In this document: in pieces, positions 12,517 through 19,681 of the stretch
Layout: every line of letters begins with the position of its first letter
Position numbering within the stretch: position 1 is the stretch's first letter
From: Candidatus Omnitrophota bacterium
Lineage (GTDB): Bacteria; Omnitrophota; Gorgyraeia; 2-01-FULL-45-10
Length of the DNA: 32,000 nt
NCBI GenBank assembly: GCA_023818895.1
Contig: JAMWCX010000003.1
Coordinates: forward strand, 240,001-272,000
Reading direction: 5' to 3'
The notes under the pieces: generated by a model
Database searches by the model: none
Seen by the model: only the letters and a program-made list of their open reading frames with translations
Told to the model about the DNA's origin: nothing
Translations under genes and position numbers: made by a program

Positions 12517-13395
12517 GTGGTAAGGTCCATGACTGGATTCGGCCGGGCTGAGGTCAGGTTCGGAAACGGTAAGATAACCGTGGAGATAAAGACCGTAAAC
12601 CACAAGTTTTTCGACGCCACCCTTAAGTTGCCCAATGGCATAATGGCATTTGAGGACAAGATAAAAGAAGTGCTGCAAAAAAATATCCTCCGTGGCAAAG
12701 TGAATCTGAGTCTGACATATGACGGAAAGCCAATAAAACAGGAGAGGATCAGCGTAAACAGGGATATCGCGAAAAATTATTACAAAGAGTTTAGTAGGAT
12801 GAGAAAAGCCCTGGGGCTTAAGGATGATGTCACAATTACCTCCCTAATAACCCTCCCAGGTGTTCTTAACTATGAATCTGGGGCAGGGCGCATATCGCGG
12901 ATGTGGCCGAAACTTAAAGAGGCTATCGAAAAAGCTGTCGAACGCCTTATCGCTGACAGAGAAAAGGAAGGCAGGCACCTCTACAACGATCTGATGTCAA
13001 GAGCTCGCCATATCGAGACGATGCTTTCGCGTATAAAGGCAAGGTCCCATCTGAACATAGAGGAATACCGTAGCAAGTTTGCTGATAGGATAAAAGCCCT
13101 CACCGGCGGCCGGGATATTGACACGGGTAGGCTCGAGATGGAGGTCGCGATATTCGCGAAGAACAGCGATATCTCAGAAGAGATAACAAGACTTAAGAAT
13201 CATCTGGCGAATTTCAAAAAGACGATGTCGTCCGATGGCGATGTTGGCAAGAAGATTGACTTCATAGCGCAAGAACTGCACAGGGAAATAAATACGATAG
13301 GCTCGAAAGCCTGCGATTTCAATATCTCGAAGAACGTCATTGAGATAAAGAGCGAAATAGAGAAGATACGCGAACAGGCGAAAAACCTGGAATGA
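12517..13395 (+). CDS. yicC: YicC-family stress-induced protein (putative endoribonuclease)
   Basis: GTG start giving (M)VRSMTGFGRAE, which is typical of YicC. The C-terminal DUF1732-like segment reads IDFIAQELHREINTIGSKA. Confidence 0.85.
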   Translation: MVRSMTGFGRAEVRFGNGKITVEIKTVNHKFFDATLKLPNGIMAFEDKIKEVLQKNILRGKVNLSLTYDGKPIKQERISVNRDIAKNYYKEFSRMRKALGLKDDVTITSLITLPGVLNYESGAGRISRMWPKLKEAIEKAVERLIADREKEGRHLYNDLMSRARHIETMLSRIKARSHLNIEEYRSKFADRIKALTGGRDIDTGRLEMEVAIFAKNSDISEEITRLKNHLANFKKTMSSDGDVGKKIDFIAQELHREINTIGSKACDFNISKNVIEIKSEIEKIREQAKNLE

Positions 13396-13985
13396 TGGCG
13401 AAGCTCAAAAATGGCAGAGCGAAACTTTTTGTTATATCCGCGCCGTCGGGGACAGGTAAGACGACGCTTTGTAACAAGTTGCTAAGAGACGGATTGGGGC
13501 TGGTAAATTCGGTCTCAATGACCACCCGCAAGCCAAGGCCGGGCGAGAAAGAAGGGGTTGATTATTATTTCGTAACGAGGAAGCGCTTCGAGGATATGAT
13601 ATCTAAAAAGGGCTTTCTCGAATATGAGGAGAATTTCGGGAACCTATACGGCACACCCAGAGATTTCGTCGAGAAAAACCTAAAAAAAGGCAGGAATGTT
13701 CTTCTCTCGATAGATGTCAAAGGCGCGATGAAAGTGAGGCGCGCATATCCGGCCAGAAGCGTCCTGATATTTATACTGCCTCCGTCGGCGCGTGTTCTAA
13801 AAACTAGGCTACATCTGAGGCGTTCGGACTCGCCCGAGGAAGTGGCGCGAAGGCTCGCTCTGGCGAAAAAAGAGCTGTCCTATAAGGATAAATATGATTA
13901 CCGAATCGTCAACAACAGGCTTGACGCATCTTACAGGAGATTGAGGAAGATCGTGGAAAAGGAATTGGAGGATTGTGAGCGATGA
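13392..13985 (+). CDS. gmk: guanylate kinase
   Basis: P-loop SAPSGTGKTT, TTRKPRPGEKEGVDYYFV, and an ATGA overlap with the yicC stop. Confidence 0.92.
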   Translation: MMAKLKNGRAKLFVISAPSGTGKTTLCNKLLRDGLGLVNSVSMTTRKPRPGEKEGVDYYFVTRKRFEDMISKKGFLEYEENFGNLYGTPRDFVEKNLKKGRNVLLSIDVKGAMKVRRAYPARSVLIFILPPSARVLKTRLHLRRSDSPEEVARRLALAKKELSYKDKYDYRIVNNRLDASYRRLRKIVEKELEDCER

Positions 13986-14182
13986 ACGTGGATATAGCGG
14001 ACCTTTTGAATAAGACAGGAAGCGTCTACAAGCTTGTCATTCTAGCTTCCAGACGGGCGATAGAGTTAAGCGAGGGGGCAGCCAAGCTTGTTGACGCACC
14101 ACCGGAGGCCAAAGTGACAAACGTGGCCATACAGGAGATTGCCGAAGGCAAGATATCGTACAAAGTCAAGGAAGCTAAATGA
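13982..14182 (+). CDS. rpoZ: DNA-directed RNA polymerase subunit omega
   Basis: 66 aa. Contains YKLVILASRRAIEL. Conserved gmk-rpoZ synteny, with an ATGA overlap at both ends. Confidence 0.88.
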   Translation: MNVDIADLLNKTGSVYKLVILASRRAIELSEGAAKLVDAPPEAKVTNVAIQEIAEGKISYKVKEAK

Positions 14183-14724
14183 CACAACCCTCAAAAACCG
14201 TCCTTTTGGGAATCACAGGAAGCATAGCCGCCTACCGCGCATGTGATATAGCAAGCGCGCTGAAAAAAAGCTCGCTTGACGTCCAGGTGGTTATGACAAA
14301 AGAGGCACTTGAATTTATAACACCGCTTACCCTTCAGACCATCTCGCAGAACAAAGTCGTCAGCGATATGTTTGCTTTGCCGGAAAAATGGGAGGTTATC
14401 CACACCTCTCTTGCGGACAGGGCGGATATTGTCCTGATAGCTCCTGCCACCGCTAATATAATAGGCAAGCTTGCAAGTGGTGTTTGCGATGACATACTAA
14501 GTTCAGTGGTATTTGCCACAACAGCGCCCGTGGTGATAGCACCGGCCATGAATGAGAAGATGTACAAACATCCAGTCACTCAGAGGAATATCGATACTCT
14601 AAAAAAGATAGGTTATCATTTTATAGGTCCCATAAAAGGGCGCCTTGCCTGCGGCCACGAGGATATCGGTCATATAGCGGATACGGCCGAAATAGTGAAA
14701 GAAGTAAAAAGGCTTCTTAAGTGA
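14179..14724 (+). CDS. coaC: phosphopantothenoylcysteine decarboxylase (stand-alone CoaC flavoprotein)
   Basis: LLGITGSIAAYRA (FMN-binding N-terminus) and APAMN. At 181 aa it corresponds to the N-terminal half of fused CoaBC/Dfp. Confidence 0.88.
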   Translation: MTQPSKTVLLGITGSIAAYRACDIASALKKSSLDVQVVMTKEALEFITPLTLQTISQNKVVSDMFALPEKWEVIHTSLADRADIVLIAPATANIIGKLASGVCDDILSSVVFATTAPVVIAPAMNEKMYKHPVTQRNIDTLKKIGYHFIGPIKGRLACGHEDIGHIADTAEIVKEVKRLLK

Positions 14725-15386
14725 TCAAGCCCGCTTCCGTTAAAAAAAGGAAACCGGCGATTATCATAACCGCCGGCCCGACCCGCGAGAAGATAGATCC
14801 CGTAAGATTCATATCAAACTATTCGACAGGATTTTTCGGTTATGAAATAGCAAAACAGGCTTTTGCGAGAGGGTTCCGCACCACCCTCATAAGCGGGCCG
14901 ACACACCTTAAGCCACCATCAGGCGTTAAGTTCATTGCGGTGGAAAGCGCTCTCGATATGCGGCGCGCCGTTTTGAATGAGTTGAGAAGAACCGACTATC
15001 TAATAATGGCGGCGGCTGTCTCTGACTGGCGGCCGGCAGCCTTTGCTAAGAACAAAATAAAAAAGAATGGGCCGGTCTTTACGCTAAAGTTGAGAACGAA
15101 CCCAGACATCGTTGCTGAGGCGGTGAAGATAAAAAAGCCAGCCATGGTTGTGGGATTTTCTCTGGAAACGGAGAGCCTTGCGCATAACGCGTCAGAAAAG
15201 CTAAAAGAAAAAGGCCTTGACATTATAGTGGCAAACAGGATCTTGCCGGCCGCATCTCCTTTTGGAGATAATATTAATGATATAATGATAATAGACAGGT
15301 TTGGCAACAAGCATCTTTACCACCGGAAATCCAAGCAGACCATGGCCAAGATTATCCTTGACAAGGTGTTGAGATTTAATATATAG
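14721..15386 (+). CDS. coaB: phosphopantothenate--cysteine ligase (stand-alone CoaB)
   Basis: ITAGPTREKIDPVRFISNYSTG and AAAVSDWRP. The GTG start overlaps the coaC stop as GTGA. Confidence 0.88.
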   Translation: MIKPASVKKRKPAIIITAGPTREKIDPVRFISNYSTGFFGYEIAKQAFARGFRTTLISGPTHLKPPSGVKFIAVESALDMRRAVLNELRRTDYLIMAAAVSDWRPAAFAKNKIKKNGPVFTLKLRTNPDIVAEAVKIKKPAMVVGFSLETESLAHNASEKLKEKGLDIIVANRILPAASPFGDNINDIMIIDRFGNKHLYHRKSKQTMAKIILDKVLRFNI

Positions 15387-15421
15387 TTAAAAATTTAAGA
15401 AGAGCTAGAGGTGAAGATAGA

Positions 15422-15865
15422 GTGTTTTCGATCTGCGAGAATAGGAAAGGCTTTACGATAGCGGAACTACTCATAGTGACGGGCATGTTCCTTCTTATAT
15501 TCTCCCTTCTGGCGCCCTTTGTAAACATGGCAAAGGGGCGTTCACGCAGGTTAGGGTGCGCAAATAACCTTAGGGAGATAAGCCTGGGCCTGCACAAATA
15601 CGCCGCGGATCATAACGACCTGTTCCCGCCAAAGCTTGGCGACCTTTACCCCCGTTATGTTTCTCATGAGAAAGTATTTGATTGCCCGGCGATAAAAAAT
15701 GTTGGGACCAAGGAAGCGCCGGATTACGAATATACTGTGGGATTGTCAGAGATATCGTCGCCCAGAGAGATAATAGTAAGAGACAAAGACGGTAACCATA
15801 AAAAGTCTGGGATGAATATAGTCAGGGTCGATGGGACGATTGAGTGGGTATGTTTTAGACATTGA
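15422..15865 (+). CDS. prepilin-type N-terminal cleavage/methylation domain protein (pseudopilin-like, H-X9/10-DG-like C-terminus)
   Basis: GTG start with SD gaggtga 7 nt upstream. The N-terminus reads MFSICENRKG|FTIAELLIVTGMFLLIFSLL, the class III signal G-F-T-x-x-E followed by a hydrophobic helix. The C-terminus is NHKKSGMNIVRVDGTIEWV. Confidence 0.65.
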   Translation: MFSICENRKGFTIAELLIVTGMFLLIFSLLAPFVNMAKGRSRRLGCANNLREISLGLHKYAADHNDLFPPKLGDLYPRYVSHEKVFDCPAIKNVGTKEAPDYEYTVGLSEISSPREIIVRDKDGNHKKSGMNIVRVDGTIEWVCFRH

Positions 15866-15866
15866 T

Positions 15867-15941
15867 GGCGCGGTAGCCAAGCGGTAAGGCAGGAGTCTGC
15901 AAAACTCTTATACAGCGGTTCGATTCCGCTCCGCGCCTCCA
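15867..15941 (+). tRNA. tRNA-Cys (anticodon GCA), CCA encoded
   Basis: Hand-folded cloverleaf. Acceptor GGCGCGG/CCGCGCC. Anticodon arm GGAGT-CTGCAAA-ACTCT. T-arm AGCGG-TTCGATT-CCGCT. It starts 2 nt after the upstream stop codon. Confidence 0.9.
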
Positions 15942-16083
15942 TCTTACTTCGCCCCTAGAAGATGTTCAGGGCTAAATACAATAGGTCTTGCTGGGCAGAT
16001 CCGATTTGGGAAGGTAGAAATATAGACTTTGGAAGGATTTTCCCTACGAAGTAACGCGTTGTTTGATAATGGAATGCGTAGCG

Positions 16084-16160
16084 GGGCAGTTAGCGCAGTT
16101 GGTTAGCGCACCACGTTGACATCGTGGGGGTCAGAGGTTCGAGTCCTCTACTGCCCACCA
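16084..16160 (+). tRNA. tRNA-Val (anticodon GAC), CCA encoded
   Basis: Acceptor GGGCAGT/ACTGCCC. D-arm GCGC-AGTTGGTTA-GCGC. Anticodon arm CCACG-TTGACAT-CGTGG. T-arm AGAGG-TTCGAGT-CCTCT. Confidence 0.92.
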
Positions 16161-16294
16161 TATTGCTCATTGTCTGACTGAAATTTATAAGGTTGGTTGA
16201 GTGGGACTCGAAGCCAATTTACGCTGACGAACAGGAAGAAAAGTTCTCTGGACGTAAGCAAATAGGCCGGTCTGAAGCGAGCTATGCGAGCGAA

Positions 16295-16319
16295 AGACAG
16301 AGTCCTATACTGCCCATCA
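16295..16319 (+). pseudogene. tRNA-Val 3'-end fragment (T-stem 3' strand plus acceptor 3' strand plus TCA)
   Basis: gagtcctAtactgcccaTca (16300-16319) matches the real tRNA-Val 3' end gagtcctCtactgcccaCca (16141-16160) at 18 of 20 positions. The preceding cagag fits the T-stem 5' strand if the 7-nt T-loop is deleted. No matching acceptor 5' strand was found. Confidence 0.5.
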
Positions 16320-16344
16320 TCCTTCGCCTCGATCGGTTGGGTTA

Positions 16345-16425
16345 TTTAATGAATGCGGGTTTTGGATGGCAGGCCGGTTTGAATACGCTCCTGAGGGTTG
16401 AATGACCGAGCCCTCTATTGTCTTG
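16345..16425 (+). pseudogene. heavily decayed tRNA-Val-like copy (leader, acceptor/D-arm-like, and T-arm-like segments with an insertion; no anticodon arm)
   Basis: taatgaatgcg..ggcag resembles the real leader plus start taatggaatgcg..ggggcag. gccggtttgaatacgc resembles the D-arm gcgcagttggttagcgc. gagggttgaat[gaccgag]ccctc resembles the T-arm. The trailer attgtcttga resembles attgtctga found after the real gene. The alignment was done by eye. Confidence 0.3.
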
Positions 16426-16445
16426 AGAAAAGTATTAGTGCGGGT

Positions 16446-16533
16446 GCCGGGATGGCGGAACTGGCAGACGCAAGGGACTTAAAATCCCTCGGCCCCAAAG
16501 GCCATGTGGGTTCGACCCCCGCTCCCGGCACCA
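16446..16533 (+). tRNA. tRNA-Leu (anticodon TAA), long variable arm, CCA encoded
   Basis: Acceptor GCCGGGA/TCCCGGC. Anticodon arm AGGGA-CTTAAAA-TCCCT. Variable arm cggccccaaaggcc. T-arm GTGGG-TTCGACC-CCCGC. Confidence 0.9.
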
Positions 16534-16644
16534 TCCTGCTTCGCTTGTATGAGCAGGCTCGAGGAGATTTTTAAGATAAATCCAGCTTCGCTTTATATGA
16601 ACTGACGGAAGCGGGCTACGAAAAACGACTTTAAAAGGAAAACG

Positions 16645-18360
16645 ATGGATCTATCGGCATTACGACATAGCGCATCCCATGTTATGGCTCAGGCGGTAAA
16701 GATGCTCTGGCCGGAAGTCAAGCTTGGCATCGGCCCGGCAATAGAGGACGGCTTCTATTACGATTTCGACAAGCCAGATCCCTTTGAGCCGGAAGACCTC
16801 GACCGCATAGAAGACAAGATGCGCGACATCATCAGGGCTAATTATAAATTCGAGCGGCAGGAGATCTCCAAGGAAGAGGCGATTAAGATATTCAAGAAAA
16901 GAGGCGAAAAATACAAGCTGGAACTTATACAGGAGATCGCCGATGACAAAGTAAGCATATATAAAGACGGTGACTTCATAGATCTTTGTCGTGGCCCTCA
17001 TGTCGAATCGACCGGTAAGATACGGGCCTTCAAACTGCTTTCCATAGCGGGCGCCTACTGGCACGGGCTGGAGACCAATCCTATGCTGCAGAGGATATAC
17101 GGCACAGCCTTTGAGACGGAAGAAGAGCTTAACGACTATCTTGTTTTGGTCGAAGAGGCGAAAAAGCGCGACCATAGATTGGTTGGCAAACAGCTCGGAT
17201 ATTTCAGCTTAAACGAAGAAGTTGGGCCAGGCCTTGTCTTATATCATCCGAAAGGCGCCATGCTGAGATTCCTCATAGAAGACTATATCCGTCGGGAACA
17301 TCTCAGGCGCGGCTACCAGCTTGTTCTGGGCCCGCATATTATGAAAAGCGATATATGGATACAATCAGGCCATTTTGAGTATTACAAGGAGAATATGTAT
17401 ATCTTCAAAATAGAAGGGCAGGAATACGCGATAAAGCCTATGAATTGTCCTGGCCATATACTCGTTTACAAGTCGAAGACGCGAAGCTATCGGGATCTGC
17501 CTATAAGATATTTTGAGCTCGGTACCGTATATCGCAATGAGAAATCCGGCGTCCTTCACGGCCTTTTGCGTGTTAGAGGGTTTACGCAGGATGACGCTCA
17601 CATATTCTGTCTCCATCAACAAGTCGAGGAAGAGATCATCAAGGTTATAGATTTTGTCATCGACACACTGAACGTTTTTGGCTTTGAGGACTTTGCGGTG
17701 GAGATATCAACGAGGCCGGCTAAATCTATCGGTAAAGATGAGGATTGGGATGCGGCTCATCACGCTCTTTCCAACGCTCTAAAGCGTAAATATATACGTT
17801 ACAGCGTAAACGAGGGGGAAGGTGCTTTCTACGGCCCGAAGATCGATATAAAGCTTAAGGATGCCCTCAAGCGGGAGTGGCAGTGCGCTACCATACAATG
17901 CGATTTCGCGCTTCCGGAAAGGTTCGATCTGACCTATATAGGCGAGGATGGAAAGGAACATAGGCCTATAATGCTTCACCGCGTCATTCTCGGCTCTGTG
18001 GAACGCTTCACCGGAGCGCTTCTTGAGCACTTCGGTGGGGCGCTGCCGCTATGGCTTTCGCCTTGCCAGGTGATGATAATTCCCATATCTGAAAAAGTGA
18101 TGAGCTATGCGAAACGGGTTGAGAAGCTTCTCATCGAAAACGGAATTAGGGCCGAACTCGATTATCGCAACGAAAGGCTCCAGAAGAAGATAAGGGACGC
18201 CGAGCTGGAGAAGGTCCCGTACATGGTGATAATTGGCGAGAAAGAGGCCGCGGAGAATTCGCTTTCCATACGCTCTAAGGCACAAGGTGAGATGGGCCGC
18301 CTGATGATAGAAGAGTTTATGCAGATGCTTCAAAAGGAAATAAAAGAGAAGGTGAGGTGA
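16645..18360 (+). CDS. thrS: threonine--tRNA ligase, short form lacking the N-terminal TGS domain
   Basis: It starts at the editing-domain region (LRHSASHVMAQAVKMLWP). Class II motifs are YRDLPIRYFELGTVYRNEKSGVLHGLLRVRGFTQDDAHIF and GEGAFYGPKID. An anticodon-binding C-terminus is present. An in-frame TGA at 16603-16605 excludes an upstream extension. Confidence 0.93.
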   Translation: MDLSALRHSASHVMAQAVKMLWPEVKLGIGPAIEDGFYYDFDKPDPFEPEDLDRIEDKMRDIIRANYKFERQEISKEEAIKIFKKRGEKYKLELIQEIADDKVSIYKDGDFIDLCRGPHVESTGKIRAFKLLSIAGAYWHGLETNPMLQRIYGTAFETEEELNDYLVLVEEAKKRDHRLVGKQLGYFSLNEEVGPGLVLYHPKGAMLRFLIEDYIRREHLRRGYQLVLGPHIMKSDIWIQSGHFEYYKENMYIFKIEGQEYAIKPMNCPGHILVYKSKTRSYRDLPIRYFELGTVYRNEKSGVLHGLLRVRGFTQDDAHIFCLHQQVEEEIIKVIDFVIDTLNVFGFEDFAVEISTRPAKSIGKDEDWDAAHHALSNALKRKYIRYSVNEGEGAFYGPKIDIKLKDALKREWQCATIQCDFALPERFDLTYIGEDGKEHRPIMLHRVILGSVERFTGALLEHFGGALPLWLSPCQVMIIPISEKVMSYAKRVEKLLIENGIRAELDYRNERLQKKIRDAELEKVPYMVIIGEKEAAENSLSIRSKAQGEMGRLMIEEFMQMLQKEIKEKVR

Positions 18361-18366
18361 GATAAT

Positions 18367-18876
18367 ATCGCAAGGCAGGAACTAAGGGTAAATAACAGGA
18401 TAAGGGTAAGAGAAGTAAGGGTTATAGGCGAAAACGGCGAGCAATTGGGCGTCATGCAGACGCAAGAAGCCTTAAGGCGCGCTGAAGAAGCAGGGCTCGA
18501 TCTTGTTGAGGTTGCGCCAACAGCCACACCTCCAGTCTGCAGGATTATAGACTACTCCAAGTTCAAATACGAACAGGAAAAGAGGGAGAGGGAGGCGCGC
18601 AAGAAACAGAAGATAATTCATATCAAAGAGATCAGGATGGGGCCTAAGATCGGCGAGCATGACTATCAGTTCAAGATCAGATACCTGGAGGATTTTCTGA
18701 AGAGGGGCGACAAGGTTAAGATCACGATGATGTTTAAAGGTCGCGAGATGGCGCATATCGACCTCGGCAGGAAGATTCTCGACAGACTCGCAAGCGACAT
18801 ATCAACAATAGGCGAGATAGAGGAAGCGCCTAAACTCGAAGGCCGCTTTATCACGATGGTGATAAGGGCAAAGTAA
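18367..18876 (+). CDS. infC: translation initiation factor IF-3, probable non-AUG (AUC) start
   Basis: The ORF-track ATG at 18445 truncates the conserved N-terminal domain. The same frame upstream reads ..IARQELRVNNRIRVREVRVIGENGEQLGVMQ, which is the IF-3 N-domain. That frame is closed by the thrS stop at 18358-18360. The first plausible start is ATC at 18367, 6 nt after the SD-like ggtgaggtga. Confidence 0.8.
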   Translation: MARQELRVNNRIRVREVRVIGENGEQLGVMQTQEALRRAEEAGLDLVEVAPTATPPVCRIIDYSKFKYEQEKREREARKKQKIIHIKEIRMGPKIGEHDYQFKIRYLEDFLKRGDKVKITMMFKGREMAHIDLGRKILDRLASDISTIGEIEEAPKLEGRFITMVIRAK

Positions 18877-18984
18877 TTTTAGCCGGTACCAGCTAATTCA
18901 TAGACCACGCCAAATAGCCTATTCGTGGCAGGGTTGGGATTATTCTGGGCGGTTTATCGATATATTTTTTAAGAGGAGAATAAA

Positions 18985-19185
18985 ATGCCCAAACTCAAGA
19001 CGTTGAAGAGCGCCAAAAAGCGCATAAGGATCACAAAAAAAGGAAAGGCAAAACATTTCAAGGCCTCTAGGAGCCATCTCCTTACTTCGAAAAGATCAAA
19101 AAGGAAAAGGCTTCTGGGGCGTCCCGGCTACATTTTCGAAGGCGAACTAAAGAGCATATACAAGATGTTGCCTTATGGAGCATAA
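18985..19185 (+). CDS. rpmI: 50S ribosomal protein L35
   Basis: MPKLKTLKSAKKRIRITKKGK. SD aagaggag. infC-rpmI-rplT synteny. Confidence 0.92.
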   Translation: MPKLKTLKSAKKRIRITKKGKAKHFKASRSHLLTSKRSKRKRLLGRPGYIFEGELKSIYKMLPYGA

Positions 19186-19208
19186 TATAGCCAACGAGGA
19201 GAAGGACA

Positions 19209-19556
19209 ATGTCTAAGGTAAAACACGCTGTTGCGACAAGAAAACGGAAGAAGAGAGTCTTAAGAGCCGCCGAGGGGCAATATGGCGGCAGATCACGCTT
19301 TTATAAGCGCGCGAAAGAATCTGTTGCGAAAGGGATGTATTACAGCTATAGGGATAGAAAAGCCAAAAAGAGGGATTTCAGAAAACTCTGGATAGCCAGG
19401 ATAAACGCCGCCTGCAGAGAACACGGCCTTTCTTATTCACGATTCATCGCAGGTCTAAAGAAAGTTAAGATCACGCTTGACAGGAAGATTCTGGCGGACC
19501 TGGCGGTGACCGACAAAAATGCCTTCGCGAAGCTGGTCGAAGCCGCCAAGGCCTAA
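19209..19556 (+). CDS. rplT: 50S ribosomal protein L20
   Basis: 115 aa, basic. Contains [20 protein letters not shown] and [11 protein letters not shown]. Confidence 0.93.
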   Translation: MSKVKHAVATRKRKKRVLRAAEGQYGGRSRFYKRAKESVAKGMYYSYRDRKAKKRDFRKLWIARINAACREHGLSYSRFIAGLKKVKITLDRKILADLAVTDKNAFAKLVEAAKA

Positions 19557-19681
19557 AGAAAACGATATTATTGTGTAATGGATGTGTAGTTCGGCCTGAT
19601 GGCTTATTTTTTTGAGGCGCGCGGTTTTTCCCATTACACTATCTTTACGCATTATACCTTAAGCAATACAGAAGACGGCAA

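Noticed and set aside
16193-16405. 70-aa plus-strand ORF in the tRNA-Val/tRNA-Leu spacer
   Set aside because: It has no SD and an unremarkable composition. It runs through the tRNA-Val-derived fragments, so it is better explained as non-coding debris.
15866-16600. Genomic island or integrative element at the tRNA cluster
   Set aside because: A duplicated tRNA-Val 3' end is present, but there is no integrase, no cargo genes, and only about 140 nt between the copies. At most this is a scar.
16534-16644. T-box leader upstream of thrS
   Set aside because: There is no T-box consensus (AATTAGGGTGGTACCGCG-like) and no specifier-loop/terminator arrangement. Only short repeats and hairpins are present.
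18877-18984. L20-binding autoregulatory leader upstream of rpmI-rplT
   Set aside because: A hairpin (ccacg...cgtgg, 18905-18928) exists, but I cannot match it to the known L20 leader or pseudoknot models by eye. The evidence is insufficient to call it.
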